Positions 9,054 through 19,453 of a stretch of DNA of 64,000 bases are shown in pieces (positions within the stretch are counted from its first letter, which is position 1; each line of letters starts with the position of its first letter). The notes beneath the pieces are model-generated. The model did no database searches, was not told where the DNA came from, and was given only the letters and a program-made list of their open reading frames with translations. Source of the stretch: Pyrinomonadaceae bacterium (GTDB lineage: Bacteria > Acidobacteriota > Blastocatellia > Pyrinomonadales > Pyrinomonadaceae); assembly GCA_036403375.1 (NCBI GenBank), contig DASWRC010000188.1:23248-87247 (forward strand). The letters are read 5' to 3'. The position numbers and the translations under genes were made by a program.

Positions 9054-9341
9054 ATCAATTCTCCTTTTGGGAAACGCGCTCTGTTTTCGTACACAAACAT
9101 TTCCTTGCCTGTGCCTCAGAGCAAAAGTCATTCCGCAGGTAAGAGATAGCTTTTTTTTAAGGTGAGTATTTGAGAAGAAATTTTTCAACGCCGGGATGCA
9201 AAGCGGCAAAGGCGCTAAAGCGGTTTTAATATTTACCGTTTGCTTTACTTGCCGGCTAATCGGTTTTCAATCCAGACACGTGACGAATAATTACGATATT
9301 TGCGCCTTTGCCGCCTTGGCGACTTCGCATTGAAATAACTC

Positions 9342-10094
9342 TTAACGGGCTTCGCGCGCGTTTTTCAGTAATGGATACGGGTTTGTATATTCGCCGTCCC
9401 ACCAGCGTTTCGGGTCTTTCACGAGCGCAATCGAAAAATGCAGGTGAAAATTTCCCGCGCCGGCGTTGCCGGTATCGCCGACATAACCGATAATTCTGCC
9501 CTGCGTGACGAATTGGTGTTCAGCCAGGTCTTCGGCGCGGCGCTGAAGATGGGCGTAATAATAAACGTATTTTTTATCGGTGCTGTATTGATAGATTGTA
9601 ATTCCGCCGGCTTTACTGTCGAAAAATTTCGCGATTTCGCCGTTGGCGACCGCGACGACCGGAGTTCCCTGCGGCGCCATAATATCAATCGCGTCGTGCA
9701 CCCGGTTGTCCGAGCGCGCGGCGGAAAAAGTATCCATCAACTGTGCCGGTTTGACGCCGACCACCGGAATCATCAAATCTTCGGAAACGCCCGGCAAAAC
9801 GCTTTGATTCACGGCTTGATTAGAGTTTGAAATCGGGGATTGATTGGAATTAACCACGGAATTTGCGGCGTTTTCCGAGAGGTTCGTGTTTTCCGGTTCG
9901 ATAGACGGAACCGGCATGACGGTCGGAACCGGCGTTTCTTCGGTCGGCGAAGTTACTCGTTCCGCGAAAGAATTGTCGTTCCAGACATACGGCGCGACAA
10001 ATTGCTTGAAAACAAAAAGCGCGGCAAGCACATGAACGGCGAGGAGGTAAATCACAATCAGAAACCTTTTTGCTCGCCCGCCCGCCTTGCTCAT
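9342..10094 (-). CDS. M23 (LytM-type) metallopeptidase
   Basis: 250 aa with an N-terminal TM segment. M23 motifs are present: HDAIDIMAPQGTPV ... GYVGDTGNAGAGNFHLHFSI. Confidence 0.85.
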   Translation of the reverse strand: MSKAGGRAKRFLIVIYLLAVHVLAALFVFKQFVAPYVWNDNSFAERVTSPTEETPVPTVMPVPSIEPENTNLSENAANSVVNSNQSPISNSNQAVNQSVLPGVSEDLMIPVVGVKPAQLMDTFSAARSDNRVHDAIDIMAPQGTPVVAVANGEIAKFFDSKAGGITIYQYSTDKKYVYYYAHLQRRAEDLAEHQFVTQGRIIGYVGDTGNAGAGNFHLHFSIALVKDPKRWWDGEYTNPYPLLKNAREAR

Positions 10095-10160
10095 AAAATG
10101 AATTATATAGATATGAAGCCGTATCTACAAAATTTCAGCGGTTCAAACCGCAAGCGCGGC

Positions 10161-11939
10161 TTATTCCTGTTTTTGTTTCAGGACAAAATCAATCTCCTCA
10201 AAAAGCAGGTTTTGCGCGGAATTTTGCTTGATTTCGATTCGTTCGATATCGGATAGGACATCGAGCAGGCTTCCGATATTTTTCGTGAAAAAGCCGCTTT
10301 CATAAGAACCCTCCGATTCCAAACGGTCGGGTTCCAGCGTTTCAAAAATCCGGTCAAACGCCGCGCGCCCGCTGCCCGGATTGAGAACCGTAAATTTTTC
10401 AAAACCCTCTTGAAATTTCGGCGCGGCGCTGTCGGACGCCAAAATGTCCTTCAGTAAATCTTCGCTGCCGGTAAAAATCAGTTCATTCTGCCGCACGGCG
10501 TAGAAAATCTTCCAGCCTAAGGAAGGCATCGCCAACTGTCTCGCCGCCGAATCGCCGACCGGAAAATCCGTCCACGCGAATTCGGCTTTCCGGTTGTTGA
10601 CGGTAAACGAAAATTGCGCCGATTCCGAAAGCGATGCTTCGAGCGCGCGGCGGTTTAATCCGCCCGGATTTTGCAGCGAAAAAATCAGTGCCTTGCGGTT
10701 TTCAAAAAAAAGCGGCGCACGAAGATTTTCCGGCGAAAACAATTTTACGGAAACCGCCGGGCGCGCCGCGCCGATTATTTTCGCTAAATCATATTTGGCT
10801 TTAACCGCCGTATTAATTGGTAAATCACTATCTTCGCCGTCATTAATCTCTTCGCTGAAATCGTCGTCGAGATACGTGTAACTGTAGCTTTTTTCCCAGT
10901 CGCGAAAATGATAATTCGGCTTTACCGGCGCGCGATTGTCTGTTTCAGAATTCGTGCTGACATCGAAAAGTATGTCCGAAACCGAATCTTCAAAATTCTC
11001 TTGTTCGGCGGGCTGAATCTTATAAAACGGGATGTTTTCGGGAATAAGCGCGCTTAGACGATTGGCGATGCGCGGGTCGATTTTGGCGGAAACCTGATTT
11101 TGTTTCGTTAAAAAAACGCGTTTTTCAATCGCTTTTTTGTCCTGCAATTCAAAATCGAACATCGCCGCGCGCAGGTTTTTCAGGGTTTCAAGCTCCGACA
11201 TCAGCCAGTAATGCTTGAAATACCAATCATCGTTTAAGGCTTGCTGGTTGAGCCAGACGGTCGCGAGCTTCGGTTTCGTTTTGGCGGCAAGCGCGGCAAA
11301 AAGCGGTTCGCCGGAAAGACGATTTTTCGGCGTCCTGCCTTTGATATTGTCGAGCGTCTGCAAAAAATATTTTTCGCTCGTCGCCAGAATAAAACGCCCG
11401 CGATAACTTGTAAACAGAATCTTTTGCCGCTGCCGCGCGCGGTCAACGTCGATTTCTTTCGAGTAAATAACCGTTTCATCGTCAAGCCGGATTTCCTCGA
11501 AATTCGGGCGCATTTCGAACAGTTTCGAAGCGAGAATTTTCTCTTCCGAGAGCGGCGCGACGACCACGAACTCCATTTTCCCGACATCGTAAACCGCCAG
11601 CGCGGCGCTGGTCTCGCTCAAACCGGAAGCAAAGCTCAAATCCGGAAAAATACCGGCGGCTTCATTGATTTCGTTGGCGCGCTCGATGAGCTTTAACGCC
11701 AGGTGATTACTTTGAAAATCCGCAAAATTCCGGCTTTCGAGATATTTTTGCCGGATTGCGGAATCGTTCCAGAGCTTGATAAGCGCCGATAAATTCCGTA
11801 CTTGCAGATAAATCAGGCAGCCGCGCGGAAAATCTTCGGCTTGCTGGAAGTTGTTTTTTGGCGACGAAATGCGGGCGAAAACAAAGCCCGCCGCCAGCAA
11901 AGCGAGGAAAATAAGCGCGATGGAAAAGATTTTTCTCAT
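10161..11939 (-). CDS. Exported protein of unknown function
   Basis: Long ORF (track 10161..11960, GTG start). The ATG at complement 11937-11939 gives MRKIFSIALIFLALLAAGFVFA, a signal or anchor segment. No motif recognised. Confidence 0.5.
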   Translation of the reverse strand: MRKIFSIALIFLALLAAGFVFARISSPKNNFQQAEDFPRGCLIYLQVRNLSALIKLWNDSAIRQKYLESRNFADFQSNHLALKLIERANEINEAAGIFPDLSFASGLSETSAALAVYDVGKMEFVVVAPLSEEKILASKLFEMRPNFEEIRLDDETVIYSKEIDVDRARQRQKILFTSYRGRFILATSEKYFLQTLDNIKGRTPKNRLSGEPLFAALAAKTKPKLATVWLNQQALNDDWYFKHYWLMSELETLKNLRAAMFDFELQDKKAIEKRVFLTKQNQVSAKIDPRIANRLSALIPENIPFYKIQPAEQENFEDSVSDILFDVSTNSETDNRAPVKPNYHFRDWEKSYSYTYLDDDFSEEINDGEDSDLPINTAVKAKYDLAKIIGAARPAVSVKLFSPENLRAPLFFENRKALIFSLQNPGGLNRRALEASLSESAQFSFTVNNRKAEFAWTDFPVGDSAARQLAMPSLGWKIFYAVRQNELIFTGSEDLLKDILASDSAAPKFQEGFEKFTVLNPGSGRAAFDRIFETLEPDRLESEGSYESGFFTKNIGSLLDVLSDIERIEIKQNSAQNLLFEEIDFVLKQKQE

Positions 11940-11949
11940 AAATTTGTTC

Positions 11950-14900
11950 TTAATAATCACTCAAAACTTTTTCGTCGATGACAAAGGAATTCGCCTGATT
12001 CGCCAGTCTTTCGCTGAGCTTTTGCCGGAGATTTTCAATCCTCACTTCAGAGTTTTTCACGTCTTCCGGCGTTTCGAAAAATTTCGATTTTGCATTTTCA
12101 AACTCGATTGCCGCGCTAAAGTCGCCGGTCGTTTCCGCCGCCGCCCGCAGCTTTTCGAGCAGTTCGCGCATTTCGCCAAATTTCAATTCGGCGGCGCGGG
12201 CGGCAAGCGGTTTAATCCCGGCATCCTGATTCCGCTCAAAATCGGTCGTTACGACTGCTTTGAGAATTCCGCTGTTTTTCGCTAAATCGAGCGCGGCGCG
12301 CGGTTTTCCGGTTTCCAGATACAAATTTATTTGCTGTAAAACAGGCGGCGCTTCATAAAAACCGAAAATGTCTTCGAGTTCGCCGGCGGCTTCGGAAACC
12401 GCTGCCAAATCCGCCAGCGATTCTTCGTCGCGCCCCGCCGTTTTCTCGAAAATCGCTTTCAAAAATCTGAATTCAAACGTAAAATCATTTGCCTGTAGCA
12501 AGTTAATCGCTTCCGTCTGGTTTCCGCTTTGCCGCGCGGCAAATGCCTGAAGCGCCGCCCAAAGTTCCGCGTCGGTTGATTGCAGCGATTGATTTTCCGC
12601 CAGAATCTTCTTCATGAAATTTTCATCCGCTCCGACCGTTTCGGCTAAAACAAGCAGGCTCTGCCAGCGCGCTTTCCGGTCAAACCGTTTGTTTGTAATG
12701 ATTTCGAGAAGCGTGCGCGCGGCTTCGTCCGACCTTTGCATGTTCGCGTACAGCCGCGCCAGCTCGATTTTGTTTGCCGCATCGCCGGGCGATGCGTCGC
12801 GCAGGCTTTCGCGGTAGAGGACGGCTTCCGCGGCAAATCCAAACGCGTTCAAAATTTCCGCCGCCAGTCTTAAAGATTCCGGCTTGTCGATTGCGCTGCG
12901 GGTTTCGACGGGCAGATTTTCCTTGTTTGAATACGCCGCGAAAATCGGCATCGAATCGATTTGCGCCGGCGATTCATCCGCCGAAAAATCGGTCATAAGT
13001 TTTAGGATTTTTAGTGCGTCAGCCGCATTTCCTTTCTGAAGTTCGATTTTGGCGAGCGCCGCAAAATCGGCGTCGTCGTATTGACCGAGCGCAATTTGCC
13101 GCGCAAAAAACGCTTCCTGCAAGTTAACGGCGAAATCGTCTCGCCGCTCGTCTTTTAGAATCGCGACCGCTTCGTTTAGTCTTTCGAGATTCGGCAGGAC
13201 GGCGATTTGCTCGTCCGGTGAAACCGTGACGCCCGAAAATTTCATCATTTTTGAAAGCAGCAGAGTCGTCTGATTTTGACGCAGCGCCGCGCGAAATCCG
13301 GCGAGCCGCAGCCAGACGGGACGCGGGTATCGATTTTTGAGCGAATCCTCAATTTCCGAAATTTGTTTTGCCGCCGCACCCGTTTCGCCCCTTTCGAGCA
13401 AATATTCCAAATATTTCCGCTGCCATTCAAGTTTTTTATTTTCCGGTTCTTCTACCTTGAACCCGTTTTTCGAGTCGTACAAAGTTTCGGCGTCGTCCGT
13501 CTCGAAACTTTCTTCCGAAATGGACACGAATTCATAAATTTGCTCATAAATTTCAAAACCTTCGCTGCGAGAAATTAAAAGCCTGTAAAATTCGCCGAAA
13601 TCTTTTTTCGCGACTAGCGATTCGTCAATCAAAATTTCCGGTAAAACCGTATTCTTCGGAACAGCGCGGCAAATCTCAATAAAGAAGGCGGTTTTTGCCC
13701 GTTCATCGGTAAAAGATTTTGCCAGCCGGCGGGTAAATTCTTTCAAATTTTCGTTTGCCGTCGCTTCCGGTTCGTCACCTTCGAGGGATTTTAGTTCCGC
13801 CAGAAAGATTGGTTTGACATCTCGGCGCGCTTTTTCCGATTGCCCGAATTCGCTCAAAGTTTTCAGGTAAACAAGCGCATCGGCAGCATTCGTTTCATCG
13901 CCTTCGATAATTTTTATCCATGTCGCGGCGGCTTTTTCCCGTTCGTCCATCTGGAAAAGAGCCGCGCCTAAAAAGGGCAAAAACGATTTGTCTTCGGGGC
14001 GCAGCGCGGCGGCGATTTGAAAATGTTCAAGCGCGGGCGCAAACGCTTTTTGTTCGAGATAGAAATATCCGAGCTTAAATTGCTCGTCTGCGGATTTCGG
14101 CTGGTTTTCTATTTTTCCTGCCAGAAAAATTTCCGCTTTTTCCGGCTGTCCGGCGGCAAAAAGCCATTGCCCGTACAGATTTGAAAACTTAAACCAATCA
14201 GCGCCCGTCAACTGCGGCTTTGCGTCCTGATTTTGTTTGACCAGCTCGCCGATGGTCGATATTTGCAAAGCGCCGGCGAAGTCCGCATCGTTTTCGGCGG
14301 CGCGCTTTTCAAGCCTGAAAGCGGTTTCCGCCGCGCGCGCGAGTTTCCAGCTTTCGGAAAACGCGGAATTTTTTATCGCGGCGCTCGCTAAATCCGTCTC
14401 TTTTTTCGCGAGTAGAAAATTGATGATTTGAAGCCGGTGCGCGTTTGAATTTCGCGCCAGATTTTCCAGCTCGGCGCGGTTTTTCGCGTACAAAATTTCG
14501 AGATAGCGTTTGGTGAATTCATCGTCCGTCGTTTGCTTTGCAAAAATCGACTGCAAGCCGACGAGCTCTTTATCTTCTTCGCCGAATGCGCGTGCGGAAT
14601 CGGTGTAAATTCTGATAAATTCGAGCGGTTTCGCGGCTAAATCGTTTTCCAGAATCTCTAAAATCCGCCGGTAATTGCCGCGCTTTTGATAAAATGCGAC
14701 GGCGGCGCGCAAATTTTGACTCTGATTTTCCGCATTCGAATCGTTTTCAATCGCCGTAACGAGAATTTTTTCCTGCAAATCGTCAAAACCGCATCTCGAA
14801 ATCAGGTTTTGAAGCAGCGAGAGCGTCGAAGAATCGGACTTTTCCGCTGCCGTTAAGCGAGCGTCGATGTCCGCCCGCAGGGCTAAAATCTCGTTGCCGT

Positions 14901-17900
14901 CCGCTTTGGTTTTAATTTCACGGCTGATGGCTTCGGTTATCGCACCGTCAAGGGTTTTCCGGTTTTCGCGCGCTTTTCCGCTGTTGAGAGAATCGGGATT
15001 TTCGATTTCGGCGGTTAATTTTTCGCGCAGGCTCCAGAGCTTCGCCGTTATCGAACCGAGCGTGTCCGAAGCGTGAACCGTCTCGACGAAGGCGGCAATA
15101 TCGGCTGATTTTATATCGTTTTGAAACGGGTTCTGCGATAGATTTTCAAATGCCTCGCGGTATTTTTCGACCGCTTTTTCGGTTTCGATTTGTCTCAAAT
15201 TCTGCGCTTCGGCAAACTTATCCTGCAAAGTTTGCAATTTGGGCAGCGTCTCGACGGGAAGCTTTGCGCGTTCGGCTTCGGCTTCCGGGAATCTGCCGAG
15301 TTTGTCGAGGATTTGCGCCTTTTGTTTGACGTATTTTTTATCTTCGCCCGTCATTTCGAGCAGTTTATCGACGTTTTCGAGCGCGGCTTCGTAATTCGGC
15401 ATTTTCAGGTAAATTTCGCCGAGCGCGTCGTAAAGCTCCGCCATTTCCGGTTGGTTAAAAATCGCCGTCCGGTAATTTTCCGACGCGTTCGTCAAATCGC
15501 CTTCGGCTTCGTAAATGCGGGCTAGGACGACGTTCCAGCGATAATTTTTAAAGCCTTCAGCCGCGGTTTTCCGGTAATACGCGAGCAGTTTTTCCGCGCC
15601 GCCGTAACGCTTTGCAAAGCTGATTGCTTCGTCCGTATTTTCTTCATCTTCCGGGTCGCGGTTGATGATTTCGATATATTGTTCAGCGGCTGAATCGTAA
15701 TCTTTCATCCGCGTAAAGGCGGAAATCATTTTCTTTCGCAGCGTCGCGACAGTCCACGTAAAATCGAGCCGTTCCATATCCTGATTCGACAGCGCTTCGA
15801 GCGTCGCGGCAAAGGTTTTCAGGAGCGCCTCCGGGTTTTTCGTGCGCACGTAAACATCGGTCAATTCGGAAAAAACTTCCTCGTCGTTCGGATTTTCCGT
15901 TTGCAGGCTGACCAGAATCTGCCCGGCTTCACGCGGGCGATTCAGGGCGTTAAATCGCCCGGCGAGCTTGCGGTTGAATTGATATAAATATTCGCCGCGC
16001 GCTCTGCTCCGCGCCGCCTGCAAAACTTCGACCGACTTTTCGCGCAAGCCTAAATCCCAGTAAAAATTTTCCGCTTCTTTCAAAACGCCGTAATTTGCGG
16101 GGAATTTTTTGACCAAACCGGCAACGACGGCGGCAGATTTTTCCGTTTCGAAATTTTCGCGGAAATTTTCGGCGAGCTGCAAGCGGTAAGCTATCGCATC
16201 GCGCGGATTCGAGGCGGTTTCGACTAAACGAACGAGCGTTGCCTGAATCGCTTTTTCATCTTCCGCATTTCTGAAAAAACGTCTCGCTTCAAGCAGATTG
16301 CCGGCAGATTCTTCGCGTGCGACCTGTGTCAGAAGTATTCGGGCGGCGTCCGTTGGGCGGTTTAATTCGGACAGCAGCTCGGCGAAATTCAAAACCATCC
16401 GAAACTCGTTTTTCGCGGATTTGCGCTGCGCTTGAAACGCCGAATCGATTTGGCGCGCAAGGTTTGCTCGCGGGTAAAGCTGTTTCAAACGGCGTTTTGC
16501 GCTCATCGAGTCCGCTTCGATATCGTTTTCGTCGAGCGCCTTGACGTATTCCGCAATCGCACGGGAAGTCTCATTTTTCGCTTCCAGAATCGCGCCCGCC
16601 TGAAACGCGTAAAGGTTTTCATTAGCTGATTTTTCGCGCAGATTTTTGATGGTTTCGAGCGCGTCCGTAAACTGGAAATAATCCCAGAAAATCGTCGCGG
16701 TGTTTAAGTAAGATTCGTTTTCGCCCATTCCGGCAGAAACGATTTTTTCCCAATTCGCGCGCGCCGCCTTGTAATCGCCGAGTTCTGCCTGAAGCTCGCC
16801 GGCGGTCGTCAGCAGTTTTTCGTCAGCCGGAAAATTCTCCGCTCTCTTTTGCGCAAAGTTCGCCGCTTCGAGCTGCAGATTGCGACTTGTCTGCCCGAAA
16901 GAACGCGAAAGGGTGAGAAAATTTTCGGAAAATTCCGCATTGTTCGGGTAAAGCTGGTTCAGCTCGCGGTAAAACGCGTTTGCTTTTTCAAACTCGGAAA
17001 GCTGAGCCGAGGCGTCGGCGCGAAAGAGTTTGTAAGGCAGCGACGCGATTTCTTCCGAAGCACTCAAATCTTCCGATTTTTGCAAAAACGCGCGGATTTC
17101 GCCCTTCTCGGCTAAGTTTCTCAAAAACTCCTGACGGATTTCCGTCGATTCAAAATAATATTCGGCAAGCAGAGCGCGCCACTCGGTCTGCATATTTTTC
17201 CGGCTGTAATAACGAAGCAGCCCTCTGACGAACACGATGTTGTGCGGAAATCTTTTGTGCGCCAGACTGTAAAGACCGAAAAACAGATTACCGCCGAATC
17301 CTTTCGCATCCGAAACCTCTCCGCCGTCGATAAACTGCTTCAGATATTGCTCGGTTTCCGCGTCCGTGAATTTTGCCGCCGCCGCGCGCGAAAAATCTTC
17401 AAATTCTTCCGTGCGCCGGTTGCGAATCAGCCAGCGCGCAAAACGGTCTTTCCAGGTTTTCTGCGGAAAATTCTGCAGCGCTTTTTGGTAAACTTCAAAC
17501 TGTTTTTCGCCGAGATTCGTTTGCCCGAGCCACGCGAGCATCTGTTCGTAAAGTCTGGGTTCGTCCGGGTATTTTTCGGTTTCCCGCGCGTAAAGGTTCA
17601 AAATCTCCTGCGTTTTATTCTCGCGCGCGAGCGATGCGACAGCGCGCGCCAGCACGTCCGTATAAAAGATTTCGCCGCGCGCGGAACCGAGATAATTCGT
17701 GTATTTGTTCGGCTCGTTATAATAATAATCGCTTCGCTTTTTGTCGCCTGAAACATTTACTCCCTGATTTGAAGCCGGCGGATAGGAGAGAATCTGCGGC
17801 TTTTTCTCGGTTAAATCGCTCGTCTCCGCCGTTTCGGAAGCAGGAGGGAATTTTCGCCGCTCGGATTTGCCGAAAAAATCGAGCAGCTTTTGATAAATTT

Positions 17901-19443
17901 CGCGCTCTTTTCCGAATTGTTCGGTCGCGATAAAAGCGTCGGCAAGCTTCAGCGCCGCATCCGGGAAATCTTTGAAATCCGCGTATTTCTCTTCAAATTC
18001 GATCAAAGTTTGTTGGGCGATTTCAAGATTGCCGGTGGTTGTGTAAAGCCTCACGATGTCGAGATACATCTGCGCCAGCTCGGGCGCGTTCGGGTAATCC
18101 TTTTTGAACTCCTGAAAAATTCGGTAAGCGGCTGCGCGGTTGAAAAATTTGACGGCGCGCTCCTGCTTTTTATTAAATTCGCGGCGCGGATTAGTGTCCG
18201 AAAAAATCAGCGATAAAATTCCGGTCGTGATGCCGGGACGCACGTCCGATTTGACAACCGATTCATAGAAATCAAGATTTCCGCGCGTGAGGGCGAGTTT
18301 TTCGTAACCCGCATCGGACAATAATTCAAAAAGCTGGTAGAGGACTTTGCGCCGCAAATCGGGATTGTTTTTCGCCTCGAAATCGGTGCACAGCGTGTAA
18401 AGAAACCGCGAAGCCGAGTCGCCGTCGCCGGTTTCGATTAAAAACTGCGAAATCGTTAAAAGCTCGTCCGCCTGCCACGCCTTCGTCCCGGCGCGCGCGT
18501 TTTCGAGGTCTTGTACAATCGCGCCGAACTCGTCGCCTTCATTGCGCGCGAAATGAATCAGCCGAATCGCCGTCTGATAGTCCGCCGGATTTTGTCTGAA
18601 TTTCGCGCGAAGCCCGGATTCATAAGCGCGGTAACGGTCGTTTTCGCGCAGGAATTCATAAAATTTTTCGCTTTCCGAATCCGTCCAGAACGGGTTAAAA
18701 TCATCGTAATAAACCTTTTCGGCTTCCGAGATTTTACCTTGAAGGGTGAGAATCGAGATTTTCTTATCGAGCAGGTAATTTCTCTGTTCGGGAAATTTCG
18801 CGGCGGTTTCGTCAAGAATTCTGAGCGCTTCCGAATAATTTTTCTCTTCCGAAAGTTTATCGACGTATTCCAGAAAAACGGAAAAAGAACCGGCATCCCC
18901 GTCAATTATTTTCTGGTAAAACCCGGGCGCGAGATATTGTTTCAAGTCGTGTTTTTTCGCCGCGTAAATCAGGTTTGAAAACGCCGCGCCGCGTTTTTCC
19001 GCCGGTGCATTTTGCAAAATTTGTTCGAGTGCGGCGGCTTGTTTTTCAAACGCGCCGCGCCGCCCGTAAAAATCAGTCAGCGCCTGCAAATTTAGGGGTT
19101 CGACGGATTTAATTTCCGCTTCGGCTTCGTCGAAACGCCCGAGTTTTTCGTCCAAATCGGCGAGCTTTAAAAGGATTTCCGCATCGCCGGGATATTTTTC
19201 TAAAATTAGCGCCAGACGATTTCGCGCCTGTTCGGTCGGCAGCGGAACAATCGCGTCCGCGCCGAAAAACTCGGTTCTCGCAAAAAGCGCTTTTTCAATC
19301 GCCGCCGCTTTATCGTTTTCTTCCGCCGGGACCGATTTTTGCGAGCCGAAACCGTAAAAAAGAGCGCCGATTAAAACCGTCAGGCAACCGCTCAACTGAA
19401 TGGTTTGCCAGACATTCAACTTTTGAAAAACGCGGAATTTCAT
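11950..19443 (-). CDS. Giant TPR-repeat protein (2,497 aa) with N-terminal membrane anchor
   Basis: Uninterrupted 7.5-kb ORF. An N-terminal hydrophobic segment (LSGCLTVLIGALFYGF) is followed by many degenerate TPR-like A/Y/L-rich helical repeats. Confidence 0.7.
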   Translation of the reverse strand: MKFRVFQKLNVWQTIQLSGCLTVLIGALFYGFGSQKSVPAEENDKAAAIEKALFARTEFFGADAIVPLPTEQARNRLALILEKYPGDAEILLKLADLDEKLGRFDEAEAEIKSVEPLNLQALTDFYGRRGAFEKQAAALEQILQNAPAEKRGAAFSNLIYAAKKHDLKQYLAPGFYQKIIDGDAGSFSVFLEYVDKLSEEKNYSEALRILDETAAKFPEQRNYLLDKKISILTLQGKISEAEKVYYDDFNPFWTDSESEKFYEFLRENDRYRAYESGLRAKFRQNPADYQTAIRLIHFARNEGDEFGAIVQDLENARAGTKAWQADELLTISQFLIETGDGDSASRFLYTLCTDFEAKNNPDLRRKVLYQLFELLSDAGYEKLALTRGNLDFYESVVKSDVRPGITTGILSLIFSDTNPRREFNKKQERAVKFFNRAAAYRIFQEFKKDYPNAPELAQMYLDIVRLYTTTGNLEIAQQTLIEFEEKYADFKDFPDAALKLADAFIATEQFGKEREIYQKLLDFFGKSERRKFPPASETAETSDLTEKKPQILSYPPASNQGVNVSGDKKRSDYYYNEPNKYTNYLGSARGEIFYTDVLARAVASLARENKTQEILNLYARETEKYPDEPRLYEQMLAWLGQTNLGEKQFEVYQKALQNFPQKTWKDRFARWLIRNRRTEEFEDFSRAAAAKFTDAETEQYLKQFIDGGEVSDAKGFGGNLFFGLYSLAHKRFPHNIVFVRGLLRYYSRKNMQTEWRALLAEYYFESTEIRQEFLRNLAEKGEIRAFLQKSEDLSASEEIASLPYKLFRADASAQLSEFEKANAFYRELNQLYPNNAEFSENFLTLSRSFGQTSRNLQLEAANFAQKRAENFPADEKLLTTAGELQAELGDYKAARANWEKIVSAGMGENESYLNTATIFWDYFQFTDALETIKNLREKSANENLYAFQAGAILEAKNETSRAIAEYVKALDENDIEADSMSAKRRLKQLYPRANLARQIDSAFQAQRKSAKNEFRMVLNFAELLSELNRPTDAARILLTQVAREESAGNLLEARRFFRNAEDEKAIQATLVRLVETASNPRDAIAYRLQLAENFRENFETEKSAAVVAGLVKKFPANYGVLKEAENFYWDLGLREKSVEVLQAARSRARGEYLYQFNRKLAGRFNALNRPREAGQILVSLQTENPNDEEVFSELTDVYVRTKNPEALLKTFAATLEALSNQDMERLDFTWTVATLRKKMISAFTRMKDYDSAAEQYIEIINRDPEDEENTDEAISFAKRYGGAEKLLAYYRKTAAEGFKNYRWNVVLARIYEAEGDLTNASENYRTAIFNQPEMAELYDALGEIYLKMPNYEAALENVDKLLEMTGEDKKYVKQKAQILDKLGRFPEAEAERAKLPVETLPKLQTLQDKFAEAQNLRQIETEKAVEKYREAFENLSQNPFQNDIKSADIAAFVETVHASDTLGSITAKLWSLREKLTAEIENPDSLNSGKARENRKTLDGAITEAISREIKTKADGNEILALRADIDARLTAAEKSDSSTLSLLQNLISRCGFDDLQEKILVTAIENDSNAENQSQNLRAAVAFYQKRGNYRRILEILENDLAAKPLEFIRIYTDSARAFGEEDKELVGLQSIFAKQTTDDEFTKRYLEILYAKNRAELENLARNSNAHRLQIINFLLAKKETDLASAAIKNSAFSESWKLARAAETAFRLEKRAAENDADFAGALQISTIGELVKQNQDAKPQLTGADWFKFSNLYGQWLFAAGQPEKAEIFLAGKIENQPKSADEQFKLGYFYLEQKAFAPALEHFQIAAALRPEDKSFLPFLGAALFQMDEREKAAATWIKIIEGDETNAADALVYLKTLSEFGQSEKARRDVKPIFLAELKSLEGDEPEATANENLKEFTRRLAKSFTDERAKTAFFIEICRAVPKNTVLPEILIDESLVAKKDFGEFYRLLISRSEGFEIYEQIYEFVSISEESFETDDAETLYDSKNGFKVEEPENKKLEWQRKYLEYLLERGETGAAAKQISEIEDSLKNRYPRPVWLRLAGFRAALRQNQTTLLLSKMMKFSGVTVSPDEQIAVLPNLERLNEAVAILKDERRDDFAVNLQEAFFARQIALGQYDDADFAALAKIELQKGNAADALKILKLMTDFSADESPAQIDSMPIFAAYSNKENLPVETRSAIDKPESLRLAAEILNAFGFAAEAVLYRESLRDASPGDAANKIELARLYANMQRSDEAARTLLEIITNKRFDRKARWQSLLVLAETVGADENFMKKILAENQSLQSTDAELWAALQAFAARQSGNQTEAINLLQANDFTFEFRFLKAIFEKTAGRDEESLADLAAVSEAAGELEDIFGFYEAPPVLQQINLYLETGKPRAALDLAKNSGILKAVVTTDFERNQDAGIKPLAARAAELKFGEMRELLEKLRAAAETTGDFSAAIEFENAKSKFFETPEDVKNSEVRIENLRQKLSERLANQANSFVIDEKVLSDY

Positions 19444-19453
19444 AACTCAAAAT